64,000 nt of DNA. Origin: Lingula anatina. Taxonomy: Eukaryota > Animalia > Brachiopoda. Shown here piece after piece: positions 26,001-38,550 of the stretch (positions are counted from its first letter, which is position 1; every line of letters starts with the position of its first letter). The stretch lies in assembly GCA_051362555.1 (NCBI GenBank), contig CM120646.1, forward strand, positions 16,740,001 to 16,804,000, read 5' to 3'. The notes below the pieces were generated by a model. It made no database searches. It had not been told where the DNA came from and worked only from the letters and a program-made list of their open reading frames with translations. The position numbers were made by a program, and so were the translations under genes.

Positions 26001-29000
26001 GTAAATAATAGACCTCATTACACTACTCCGATAACAAAATAATCGAACATTTAAGAACGCTCATGAGCATGTAAATATAAAATGAGCATATAAAATAAAT
26101 TTTATTATGTACAATGTAATTTGAAGTTTTGGCTTTGGAAGTTTGCGTTATGTTTGGAATAATGGACATATTTATCGATAAAATATAGCATAAGTTCTAA
26201 TTTGAAGTTCTGACATTGGAAATTGATATTAAGTATAGTATAACAAAGTAAAAAGTTCTTCAAAGGGAATGGTAGAAAAATATTATTTGTAGATATATAT
26301 GTCATAAACTTTAAAGAAAACCTAATGTAATAAGAATTAAAATGGCAAGCTATGTCCCCTGGTATCTTGTCATTGTAGCCTCCAGTACTGTGATGTTTGG
26401 TCCCAGTGCTTTCAAGAAGTTGTATCTCTACCTGGATACCAATGAAACCCTAGAGTCCGTGCACGGATATGAAAGTTATCTAATGGGAAATACTACTGAT
26501 AATCTCGGCCTAAAGGTAGGCTAACTACTCCTCGACAAGAGAACGTAGATAGAAAGTTCGCCTTGAATTCACTGTTAATGCCTTCACTGTCGGTTTTTCT
26601 TTTGAATTATGTGCGATTATAATGTTCTGTTTTTAGGATTCGGTGAAATCCTCAGTAGCCATCACATACCAGGCGGAACAGATCTGGAAGAACAAGCAGC
26701 TACTGTCACATTACGTGGTGTGGAGATACATAGGAACTGTAGATGGCGTTGTGCGCGTGTTTCCAGGAGTGCAACTGTCTAAGAATTTTGATGTTACACA
26801 AAGACAATGGTTTGTGTCGTATTCGTTGATCTTTACAGCTGTTTCAACATATCTCAAAATACAGTGCTGCAGATAGATAATCCGACTGTCGGAGAACAAA
26901 TACTAAAACTTGTCAGTTGAAACAAATCCTCAATTCATCTTACATTTCTTTTTTTATCTTGTAATACGAGTCTTGGCAATTCCATGCATTTTAGCATCGC
27001 GGATATTGCGTTCGGTGTTATTTTGTTGCCACGATTGTCTTTTGAATAATGTTATGTAGGAACTCTGACTGTATAATTATTACAGCAGAATTTCATTTCC
27101 ATCATTTGCCAGTCAAATACTGGATCTTGCATGGGACAAAATAAGTTGTACTATTACTACTACTAGGTTCAAGAGAACGGCGACGTATAATAACAAGAAC
27201 GTGTTGACAGCGCCATATCTAGACGCTTGGGGAGCAGGTTTCGTGGTTACGCTTAGTCACGCTATTTATGATAGCAGGTAGGTCACTTTCAATTTGCTCT
27301 GCTCAATTTGGTCTGCATTTAGTTGTAAAAAAAAAAAAAAAAAAAAAATGATCGTCTTTCATTTTAATACATAATAACCTAAGCTTGGGCGTATCTAGAT
27401 TTGAAATGTCGAGTAACATGAAAGGCGTTTTCGTTTCAAAGTTATCAAAGAACCTCCTAAAATGAAGACGTTCCTTTTACAGGAATATCAGGAATATTCT
27501 AGACTATTCATATTATATGAAGAAGTACCAGTATTCCTTCATGCACAGGCATTTCGTTGTTGTGGTGGAATATGTTCAAACTGACGAGGCCTCTTCGATC
27601 CCTAGATAATTTATCTTTTTCAGATATGCCGGAAAGAACTCTTCCAGTGGAGAGATTGTTGCTGTCATGGCAACCGATATGACGGTGAACTATCTAGACC
27701 AGATCGTGCAGCTGTACGGGCCCTGCAAAAGCGCCACCTACAGGTGGGAGAGCTCCTCTTCATTTTGAATAATGTTGTAATAGCAATATTTTTAAACCCA
27801 CCCTGTATAATCTCTGTAGACAGTGCACGTGCGGCAGCGACGGATTCAAAGTAAAACACTTAATTTTAATGTTCATACTTTTCTCGGCCTGTCTTCTGGA
27901 AAAATTGAATTAAACTGAAATTAATATAACTAATTGTTATATAAGCCTATTAGGATATTTTCTATGCATTGGTGTTATTATTCTTCAACCTTCATTTAAT
28001 AGCATAAGTCCAATTTTGTCGAATAATTTTACATTTTGTTGATATTTGCCGCATTACTTATTAGTTTTGTACCTCGCAAAATATCATTCTTCTTATTCAA
28101 TCGCTTTCTTTTTTTAAAGATGTTTCATAATCGACAGCGCAGGTTACCTGGTATTCCACCCCTACTTCGTCACCGTGTCTGATAAGCCGCAAATCGACAC
28201 CATGCATATGTTATTCCAGGTGCGATCAGTCTGGTATTAACTGACGGTGGTGAAATTAGATGCTACTGCTTTTGTAATACTCATTTTTAAAGATATTCTT
28301 TGAAATATGTGCGCTGGTATCTTGAAATGGCTTCAGAAATTGGTATCAACCAAAGTTGGCGAAATGATGGTCGTTTTTGGAACCAATGTGTAACAAGTCC
28401 GAATACTTAGTCGTTTCCTGCCTGCCTTTCTGCATAGTTTTAATACTATTCATTACAATATATTTACGGATTTATCACAGTTCATTCTATGTAAACTAAA
28501 CATAAAACCTTTTTCCCATCTAAAAGGAGCCAGCGGTGGGATATGACCTCGTACAAAAAGGAATTCTACGCAGAGAATCGTGCGTAGATCTCGAGGCCAT
28601 TAAAGAACGCCATTACTGGTGGGTAAGTATGGTACTTTTAAGGCGCGTTTACATTGAGCAGCAGGCGTTTTCCCTTTTAATCTTCAAAGTAAGACCGTGT
28701 TGCGGCTTACGGTGGAGGGGAGGGGCGAGGTAGTGGGATGGAGGACACTGGGATTGCTGCCTATAACGTGCCTTGCTTAACCACACGCTTCAGAAAGAAC
28801 TGTCGCACCAAGAAGAGTCAACCCAACTTGTATGTCACCGCATGTTTAAATACTTAAAAAGTGATCGTGGCAGGAGCGGTTGTCTCTAAATGAGTGAAAA
28901 ATGTTGTCCAGGCTAAAAAGGCAGTCGAATGGGCAGTCCTCTTCATAGTTTTGGTCTTTAGCGCAAATGTATAACGGACAACTTGGAGAGAAAGCTTTGT

Positions 29001-31622
29001 TAGAGTTCAAATGACGAATTAAAAGCCGTTCTTTAAAAAACCCAACTACAGTAAGTTGTGACGAAATCCTTTGTTGCAGGTACATTTACAAGACTCGGAC
29101 TACCCTGAGGGAGTGGATAACCTGGGCAGGCGCCCATCTTATGAACTAAGGCCCATCACCAATAGTAACGTGTTTTTCGTCATCCGGGGACATCCCATAC
29201 CAGACACCCAGGACTGTGTTTGTGATGTAAGTTCAGGGCAAGAATGGTAGAATGCTTAAACATTATAATGTTCGACAAGATTAGGACATCGTTGTCTTTT
29301 AAATTTGTTTTTAATTGTGTTGTATGATGTATTGAAACGTAACGGAATACGTCAAAAGTTATTGATATGGGGGGGGGGGGGGGGGGGAGAGTCTTATACA
29401 GAAAAATAGCACTTCAAATTATTCAAATGATTTTTCGTAGCAGCACAGCAGTACATTTCTACCAATAATTTCAAAGAGTTACGCGAGCGATTTCCTCGGA
29501 TTGGCTCAGATGCTACGATATAGTTATGCCTAATGTAAAATTGTTGCTACAGATTGAAGCAAAAATAATTCACGGCTACATTTATCATATATGTATTTAT
29601 ATATCATTATATGCTTATTATTTGTCATTATAAGAATTACATAGGTCACCCTGGAAACCGTTCCTGTCTCCGAGGTGATGAACACCCGGATGACGTGTGC
29701 GAATGTCCATGTTATCGGAACGCTCTCTTCAATTACTGTGACCACGTGTACAACATCAGCCAGTGAGTTCAGTATTTTGAACACGTTCAGGGTGTGTAAG
29801 CCTACGTGTACCTTAATTCAACGCACCACTGATAATTTTTTGTTAGTCTTAATCTGTGAACAACATCAAGACTTTTTAAAAGAGATCAAAATGCCTTCGC
29901 TGTCAAATGTTACTATTGAAAGTAGCTTAATATTACACTGCGACTTTCTTTCTAAAATATCAAAAGCGTAAGATAAAAATTCGCTTCCCTTTTTGAGAGA
30001 TTAGTCGCTGAAAGCGCTAAGAACTTCGGTGGAGAAGGGGGAAAAGTTAACGGTGGGAAATGTTTTGCTTAAACATTTTGCGTTACAGATTTGACGTAAA
30101 TGATCCGTTTAATTTCAGCTCTGCTTCCTCTCACGCGTGCACCCCACAAACCCCCGATCTCACCGATATGTCCTCAGGAGAGTTCGGCCGGGTCCAGCAG
30201 CTCAAGCCGTGCTACGATATACAGTGCGCTAACATGACCACGCAAGAGTAAGTCAAAAAGTTTCCTCTACTACCAGGGGCGTAGCTAGATAATTTATTCC
30301 AACGCGAGCAGATCTCACCGATCTACCTGTGCGTTCGAACGCAGTTACCGAACACATACTTGCAAATTAAAAAATTCTTTTGATAGAAATAAAAATACCG
30401 GTAAATGTAAATAATAAAGTCGCGGGGCCCATTTTGATCAAGAAATTAAGACTTTTTCTAGTCCTGCTCAGGCGGTGTAAAAATGAGAAATTTGGCAAAC
30501 GTGAAGAAGGCAAATTACCGTGTTTGATCGCACATACCATTTGTTGATTTGAAAACAGTGTGCTTGTAACATAAGCGGAAATACACGCGAACACATACAC
30601 AGATAGCTGTACAGTATCATCATTATTTATGATCAATGAAAGTGAAGCGCTCGTCATCATGCTTCTATTTGCGTGATCTTGAATTACCACTTGTATGTCA
30701 CAAAAAATTACAAAAATCCGCGGAAATTCGTCTCTGCTTTTGGCCCCGTGACCTTTTTATTAACTGTTGCTATTTGCTTCCAGTATGTGTTACTCCATGG
30801 CTGGCTGTAGCTGGTGTCAGGAGGCCAGTGACGGCTCACAGTTGACCACGCCCTTTTGTGCCACACAGTTTGTGTGCTACTTCGGGCGTATAGGACAAAC
30901 GTGTCCGTACGGTAGGTGCCTGGTAGTTTTACGTTACTTTGGGCGTATTTCAAGCGCGTTTTACGGTATGTACTAGATACTGCGGGCGTATTGGCTAAAC
31001 GCGTGTATGAAAAGCATTGTACAATTTCTGGGCATAAGTATATTGGGAAATTTACAGTCTCGGGAGTCAAGGTGTCATACGTACATGCGTGCTCCTCAAG
31101 TATGGTTTCAAAATGCTATATTCAGAAAGGCATTTTCCCAGTTACATTAGTTGCCGTTACGATTTTACTTTGACAAACTGGTCAATTTTAATATTTCAAA
31201 GGTGATAAATTCGCGTCATATGTTTGGCATAATCGCTTTTGACATGTAGGCCCACATACATTTAACTAAACCCCATCCTGCGTGTCTACAACTCGAGACC
31301 ATGTTCATGCCGTTCTTGGTTTGTTCCAGACAACTGTCCAGGAGACACTATCAGCACGGGGCGCAAGGACCAAGAGGCAAACCAGGAGGGAGTAAACGGG
31401 GACAATATAGGCATCATACTAGGTGGTCTCTTCGGCAGTATGGCCACCGTGGGGATATTCGCAGCAGCCTGCAACATTATCTTTCAAAGAATGAAATCCA
31501 GGCGACGGCGGCGGTACGCATGGACCAGAAGTGGGTCACCAACATCTCCGGGGGTGACATCCCCGTCGACAAGCGACCAGTCCCAGTCGTTACCTGCCGT
31601 GGACGAGATCAGGTCGCCATAG
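20052..31622 (+). CDS. VWA and Cache domain-containing type I membrane protein (CACHD1/alpha2delta-like)
   Basis: Exons: 20052-20225, 20894-20956, 21153-21317, 21555-21763, 22254-22413, 22705-22939, 23256-23381, 23807-23886, 24190-24325, 24640-24913, 25432-25543, 25835-26000, 26379-26515, 26637-26809, 27167-27277, 27624-27743, 28120-28219, 28527-28622, 29080-29226, 29635-29762, 30119(or 30089)-30247, 30784-30911, 31330-31622. Features: signal peptide; LKWQYFG and YDPRYRPWY motifs; VWA with DTSRS, GATNY and LFLTDG; Cache motifs PYLDSMGLG, YAFVIDG, PYLDAWGAG and CFIIDSAGYLVFHP; CECPC; Cys-rich PSI-like segment; TM helix followed by RRRRR. Confidence 0.9.
25116..25340. mobile_element. MITE, PIF/Harbinger (Tourist)-like, copy 2
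   Basis: TTA flanks at 25113-25115 and 25341-25343. TIRs contain TAGATCGATCTA. The core is homologous to 2823-3015. Confidence 0.7.
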
Positions 31623-32290
31623 AGGTCACGCGCTACAAAGGCCGCTAGTTGTAAGACCACCGCTTATTGGAAGACAGGGAGGCTAACTAAACATTTCCTG
31701 CTCCTCAAGTTTTGAAACGGGAAAGACATTTGGAAAAGAAGGGAGTCTGATATGGGCTATTTTGAAACAAATATGAATATCATCTCAAAGTAAAATAATG
31801 CTTTCTAGAAAATAATTAGCTATTTGTTAAGACACATCTGTTGTTATGGATGGTTTGTAATTCTACCAGTGGTGTGATATAGGAAGGAATACAAGCAGTT
31901 CCAAACTAGTGCATTTTGGACCTGTCAGTAAGCCAAATATGAACATTGGGGAAATGAAACTTAAAAGTAACATTAAATTATGTTGATTTTTATTTATTCT
32001 TGTGAGAAAACTAAACATTTACAATTGTTTGAATAAACTGATCGTTGAAACACATCTTAAACATTACAAAACTACAATTACACCCAGAGAACACAGACCT
32101 CCAACAGGGGCTGTACACTAAATATTGTGGTAGTTGAGAGCACATTCACTACACAACAGGTCAAAGCCACTGGCCCAATCTCACAGTGGTGGAGAAAAAT
32201 GGATCACCACCAAATTAAATTAAAATCCATCCATACATTTTTGAGTGAGGTTGGTGTAAAACAAACAGACAAAGTGTCTCTACAACCTTT

Positions 32291-35172
32291 TCATATCTTC
32301 TCTGAACTGTGCTGTGCAAAATTTTCCTGTTCTAGAAGTTTTTCATATAGTATCAAGCTTGCCTGAAAATAAAGGGAAAATTACAAATGAAAAAACGAAA
32401 TTAAAATCATAGAGCTTTTATCAATTGGCAATAAATTTAAACATTTAAACTTAAAAATACTAACTTCCAAGTAATATATTGTCTCTTCTCATAAAGATCT
32501 TCTACTAAAATCATTATGGATGGAGAAAATGAAGGCATCTTTTCTATGTCTATTTTCTAGGGCAGAATGTCCATTTGTACTCACATAAGCATCAGTAGCT
32601 GCATACATCTGCTGTCTTGATGACAGTGGAAACTTTCTCCAGTCGCTCTTCCTCACTGAGGGGTCCTTGCACAGCTTCTGTCTTAACTTAATAATAATAA
32701 TAATTCTAAAATTGTGGTTGAAGTTTTACATTAATAGTAAATATAGTAGAACAACAATTAAATTATTTTAAAATAGGCATGGGAAGTAATTCGTTATGTA
32801 GTGAAAATGCACACATATGAAATACTATAAAGCATAAGTATAAAATTCAATGCAATTTGTTTTTTTGATGTATAATTATATTAATTGTTATTTATTTTAA
32901 TTAACGAATATTCTAGGGCATTATTCTCTAAAAACGGCAGGTATTACTAAATTATAACCACTTCTGGCATTTTAAAAATATAAAGTGGCTTAAAGGTTTT
33001 GTGTCTGAGCTAGGTATACATTTACAAACCAGATATCTAGTAAGACCATCCAAGCTCCAAGTTTGGCTGCTGTTTACAACACGATTAGCCAACACACTCA
33101 GATCTATAGTGCTGCCATCTATGATTTCTTTCACTTTAAAATCAAAGTCGCGCTCCAACTTCCACAGGTCACTGACGTGAAAGATAGAATTTTTTTCAAT
33201 CAGTGCAGTGTGGTAAATATTACTGGTTTTGGTTTTGATGAAATAATATCCAAATATTTGACAACATCAAATGCATGCACCAGATTGCAGCTGTAGTGTG
33301 TGTATACAAGTAAAGGGTGCCTGCCTGTTGCCATTAAATAGACATGCATCATCTATAAATAAAGTACACTTATCAGGTCCGTAGCCAGCAATTTTAAAGG
33401 CTGTGGGGTGGGGTGGGGTGGGTGGGGGTGGGGTGCTTTTTCTGGAAAAAAAATTGGCCTTTTATCATGAAATCTTTCTGTACCAATATAGAATTTTACT
33501 CAGAGCAGACCTTTTCTTGAAAAAAGGGCAGTTCGTTCGACCCCCCCCCCACACACACACACACCAACCCCCCTGGCTATGGGCCTGCCTATAAACCAGT
33601 CAGATTGAACTGCCCTGCTCCTCTTACCTGTCAATCCCAACACCAACCTTCTTTATTTTGGAATGAGACAACAGCTCTTTCAAACCTTTAGGTAACTCTG
33701 AAATTAAGGAGAACAGTGTCATAACAGAACTCATAACTTACTAAAGTTAAGTCTCCTATTTAATTCTAAATAACTGATTAACAACTTGTGTGTGTGTCTG
33801 CACAAGTGGATTCACGGGTGTGCATGTGTGCTGTGGCAGTTCAAGGTTTGGAAAAAGGGTGGGGGGGGGGGAGTCAAAGGCCTGTTTTGTATATAAAATT
33901 TTACAAACAGTATACATGTAGCACGTAAAAGTTCACATTTCAATAAAACAAAGCATCTCTTACTTGACTGACTCCCCTTCATTTGTGGTATTATGTTCAA
34001 CAATGTTGAGTAAAACAACCCCAAATAAAGTCCTAGATCTGCCAGTGTTCACCCCATCTGCCCTCCCCCTCCACTCCCCCTGCATTCACCAATATGAAGA
34101 GTGTGTCACCTGCCTCCCATACAGGACACATGGAACAAGTAGCAGCGTTTCTCTGGAGTACATATCTGGACCAGGGCAGTCCTGTCCTCTCTACCTCTCT
34201 GGTATGTCACTGGCCACTCAATGTCAAACCCCACTGCAGCATTGTGCTGTTGCGTTTCCAGGCTACAGCTATGAAAACATACAGAGATATCAAACTTGAA
34301 ATCTGTCATTAAATACAGGTTAAGAACTCTTCTGCTACTACTTTATAGCATTGGCACTGTGTACAATTAGAAAACAAAGCTAAAAGTCCTAATATGTTAA
34401 AATAAACTCACATTATATCCTGGCAGAGCAAAGAGCAGTCGTCTTTCCTGTGTGAGTAAATTATTCCTCCTGTAAACCTCAGCTCTGGCAAAGAGTCCTC
34501 AAGAACGGAGCTCTTGGTGACTGCATTTGACAATCCTGTCTGGTAAAAAAGCCTGTGGTTAAACTTATTTTATGTGTCAAACAAAAATCCGGTAATAAAT
34601 ATGCATACTAGTATGTGCAGCAGGGGTAGATGGAAGCCATCTTCTGGAAGACAGTCAGAAATTTTAAAGTTAACTTTGATGGGCATCTAATTTTTTCTGT
34701 CAGAAGACAGTCAAAAATGGAGGAAGGGTCAACAAAGATTATTTTGAAGACTGCCAGAAAATATCTCTGGATAGTACAGATTCTACAGAGGTGACTGCCA
34801 AGCATGCTTGTGAATAGGCCATATCAAACAAAAATGAGGTAATACATAAGCATACTTGTATGTACATATACTACAAAAGTGACTGACGGTCCTGGGGGTA
34901 GAGCTTGATATGTTATTAAACTATAAAAGTACTAGTAGTGGAAAGATAGATAGAACAATCTGTTAAGTAGCGTGGATTTTCATGCACATGCATTGCTTAG
35001 CATTTCTATTTACACTGTTACAGTCTCATCTAGCTGCATGTCATTTTAGATGTATATTACAGAAAGGAATTCTATCAAAAACCCCTGCTACCTGTGCAGA
35101 TTTAGTTTCAGTTTTGAGTTTCATCCAAGCTGGGAGTTTTCTTTTCCGCGGTACGCTTTGGCTGGAGGCCAT
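32291..35172 (-). CDS. Stand-alone Werner-syndrome-like 3'-5' exonuclease (DEDDy family), ~249 aa, no RecQ helicase
   Basis: Exons (minus): 35172-35092, 34539-34412, 34268-34114, 33697-33628, 33171-33030, 32686-32585, 32362-32291 (750 nt, ends TGA). SVLEDSLPELRFTGGIIYS resembles the WRN N-terminus. ExoI AVGFDIEW, ExoII VGVGIDSDLWKL and ExoIII SDW...YAATDAY are present. Confidence 0.88.
33374..33587. mobile_element. Small non-autonomous DNA element (CAGG-terminated, hAT-like MITE)
   Basis: Ends CAGGTCCGTAGCCAG ... CTGGCTATGGGCCTG form an imperfect TIR, with G-rich and C-rich subterminal tracts. There is no clear TSD. Confidence 0.5.
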
Positions 35173-35524
35173 AGGGGCCTATACTTTCTGCTTTCGTCAC
35201 CTTGATCCTTGCAGAAAGCCCTGATATCACCCTTAAGGTGTTCCCGCAGCAACAGTCGCGTCACCCGACCGCAAAACAAAATCCATTTAACTGCGACTCA
35301 GTGGACTTTCCCCTTTTAAACTTCGCGCAAGATTTTCTGCGGGATTGTACTATTTTGAAAACAATACCACAAAAACACACCCCATCTTATGAGTCCAGAT
35401 AATTAAACTTAAACCATGAATTTTTCTACAAAGGAATATGAATTCGAATGTTGATATCAGAAACTGTTAGTATATACTATTTTGACAAATCACACAAAAG
35501 TAAACTGTATGTTGCCGCTTAAGG
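35173..35524. promoter_or_regulatory. Compact bidirectional promoter between the WRN-like exonuclease and the GhrA-like gene
   Basis: Only 352 bp separate the divergent ATGs. The region is locally CpG-rich, with an E2F-like TTCGCGC near 35322. Confidence 0.6.
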
Positions 35525-38282
35525 ATGGCGACTGCTACTGCAAGAAGACCCGTGTTGTACCTGGCCAGTGTCATTCCTGAGATCGCACAAACTATAAGAA
35601 ATATCAACCCGAACATTGTAGTGAAAGAAGTGAAAATCGATGGAGACCCAGCAGAACTCAGTGGCAGTAAGTGTGATGCAGCCCCAGAAGTATTATTGCA
35701 TTTTTTCTCGTACATGATGTGTTCAGTGTAGCATGAAATTCCATAGAAGCTGGAAGAAGTGAAGCAGGTCTTGGTAGTTTCATACTGGATTCTAGAACCA
35801 GAGCATAAAACCTGCCACTTTAGTTGGTACATGAAGATAAATTCATGTCAGACGACTATAAAATGATAAACTTGATGTGTGTGTGTGTGTGTGTGTGTCT
35901 TGGGGGGGGGGGGGGGGGGGGGGGGGGCGGGGCGGGGGCTCTTTGGAAGGGGGCGTGGTGAACATTAGTGGCAGCAAATCTAATGTTAAGATTTCAGATG
36001 TGCCCTATTTGAAATAAATGTATTTTACTGTACAGAACAAAGGTAAAAGAAAAAACCTGCTCAGTAAAGCTTAGCACGAAAATTCATGCGTTAGCACTCC
36101 TACTGACAATTCTGATATGTACTAGCACAGACAATACTGTACAATGTACATATCAGAATCGTCAATAGGAGTGCAAACGCATGAATTTTCTTGCTAAGTA
36201 AAGCTTTGAAGCCAACTTTTCTAGTATGGAAAAGTGGTCTGAATAACACAATTTTCCAACAATCTTTACATCAACCAAATTATTCTAAGAGCTAGTAAAA
36301 GTAATAAATTTTCCTTGTATAAATAATCCTTTCATGCGAAGATTTGCAAAGAAGAAAGAGATGTATATGGTAAATGTGTCACTGCATTAGACAAATATAT
36401 GTCACTTAATTATCGGTATCTGTCACTGCCTATAAATCTTTCACAAAAATCAGCTTTCCTATTTCAATTTAGAATGTGCATATGACATAAAGTTGTATCA
36501 TATTTTTCAAGTTAAGACACCCCCAGATGTTCTTGCCTCTGCCCTGAAGGATGCTGAGGTCTTACTCACAGATCCCTTCATACTTGGACCCATTTTATAC
36601 AGACTGCCCAGAATGAAGTGGGTGATGTCCACATGGGCTGGTGAGTAAATACAATAATTACTCTATATTTTCAGTGGTTAAAAAATTATCAAACTTTTAG
36701 AAACATAATTTTATAATCACAAAATTATATTTCTGTGTAGCATTTGTGGTGCTTTTATTGCATGTAATAGAACTAATGTTGCTACCAGTCAATAGGAATG
36801 TTTAATTTTAAGAAATCATGACTAAAAAAATACAGTATCTACAAAATTCACAATTTTCCCTCATTGAAAAGATCAAGTGATTACGTCCTACTCTTCATGG
36901 AAGTATATACTTTAATCTGAACTTCAGTGAGACGCAATATGGGTCACCTTTTTCATTTTCATATAATTTTCATATACATGTATGAGCATGCACTTATTGA
37001 TATGTTTGTTTGTACATTACAGGACCTGACAAAGTATTCCAGTTTGTAGACCAGTCAAAACCCTTCCCTGAATTCACATTGACAAGATTTGCTGGGAAAT
37101 TTGGGCCCGCTATGGCAGAATATGTTGTTGGCAACATTGTGGCAAGAGAAAGACATTTTCAAGAAATAAGACAGGACCAGGAGAAATGCCAGTGGTAAAT
37201 GAAATTATATTTTTTTTTTATGATTTGTTCCTTTCCCCAATAAAAACTGCTGACTACAGGCCTGATCTCATTCCATTTTTTATTAAACAGGCTCCAGGAG
37301 TGTCATGCCTACCCAACTACATGTACCAGACTCGGCAACGAATGATCCCGGATTCACTGGTAGATCAGAGCACATTACCCGTTTTCAAGGTTTGCATCAG
37401 TACGCATTTAACAGTATCATACCTGGAACAAATTTTGAGATGATATGCACTACTTTCCAACCCCGCTGAGAATCATCACTATCACATCGGGTACTAACTA
37501 TAGGCAAGAGCAGTGTCTGATATTTCGAAGCACGTACTGATACACCTTGAAAACGGGTAGTGTGGTTCTATCTACTGGTGAATGGGGGATCATTCAGTGC
37601 CGAGTCTGGTAGTAGGGTAGGCCTGAGTGTCATATGTTGAAGTGTTGATCTGCCAAGTGTTTGCAAGCAAGGTGTCCCCCTGGGGACATTTTGTTATTGT
37701 CACTGTTAGTGATAATTCATGGTTTCTTTGGTTATTTTTGCACCTCAATTTGTATAGAAAAAATGCCATATTTTCATTCATTCTTTCATTCATTCATTCA
37801 TTCCTTGAAACTGGTATTCATTCATACTCTCATTTGTTCCTTTAGTCTTTGGTTTTCTTTTGTCAGTAATTTGAAAAAAAAAAATTATGTATGCAGGAAT
37901 TGGTCAGCCAGAGCAAACTACCGTCTTCTGTCTACTCTCTCATTGGGAATCCTGGGATTGGGGGAAATTGGAAAAGAAGGTGACTTATTCCAGGAATTTT
38001 CCTAATTACTCAGTTGATTTTCACATTTTCTGCAGAAATATGCTTTGTAGGGAAGTCTTATTTATTGAATATCATCCTTATATTTAGGTTTAGCATGTTA
38101 TTTATGGATTTTTAAAGCTGATATTTTGCCTTTTGGTGATTGATTTCATTGAGGCATATAGCAGTTTGTAAATAGAGTTCTATATTTTTCAGATGATGAT
38201 GAGGAAGGTGATGATGAAGTGTGTGTGTGTGTGTACACGGGCATGCATATGTGTGTGTGTGACAGTGTGTGTGTGTGTGTGA

Positions 38283-38320
<38 letters not shown>

Positions 38321-38382
38321 ACGGACATGCATATGTGTGTGTGTGTGTGTGTGTACACGGACATGCATATGTGTGTGTGTGA

Positions 38383-38424
<42 letters not shown>

Positions 38425-38450
38425 ACGGACATGCATATGTGTGTGTGTGA

Positions 38451-38492
<42 letters not shown>

Positions 38493-38502
38493 ACGGACAT
38501 GC

Positions 38503-38550
<48 letters not shown>

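Noticed and set aside
27655-27680. X-box-like sequence (also at ~54625-54655)
   Set aside because: They lie in coding exons and are explained by codons.
29645-29971. ORF MMNTRMTC... and the acceptor ending at 29644
   Set aside because: This is the wrong frame. The CECPC-containing frame requires the acceptor ending at 29634.
30273-30295. CAGGGGCGTAGC MITE-like terminus
   Set aside because: No matching opposite end was found.
33700-33712. TCCTTAAT U12-like branch motif in a WRN-like intron
   Set aside because: It is too close to the AG, and the donor is not U12-type.
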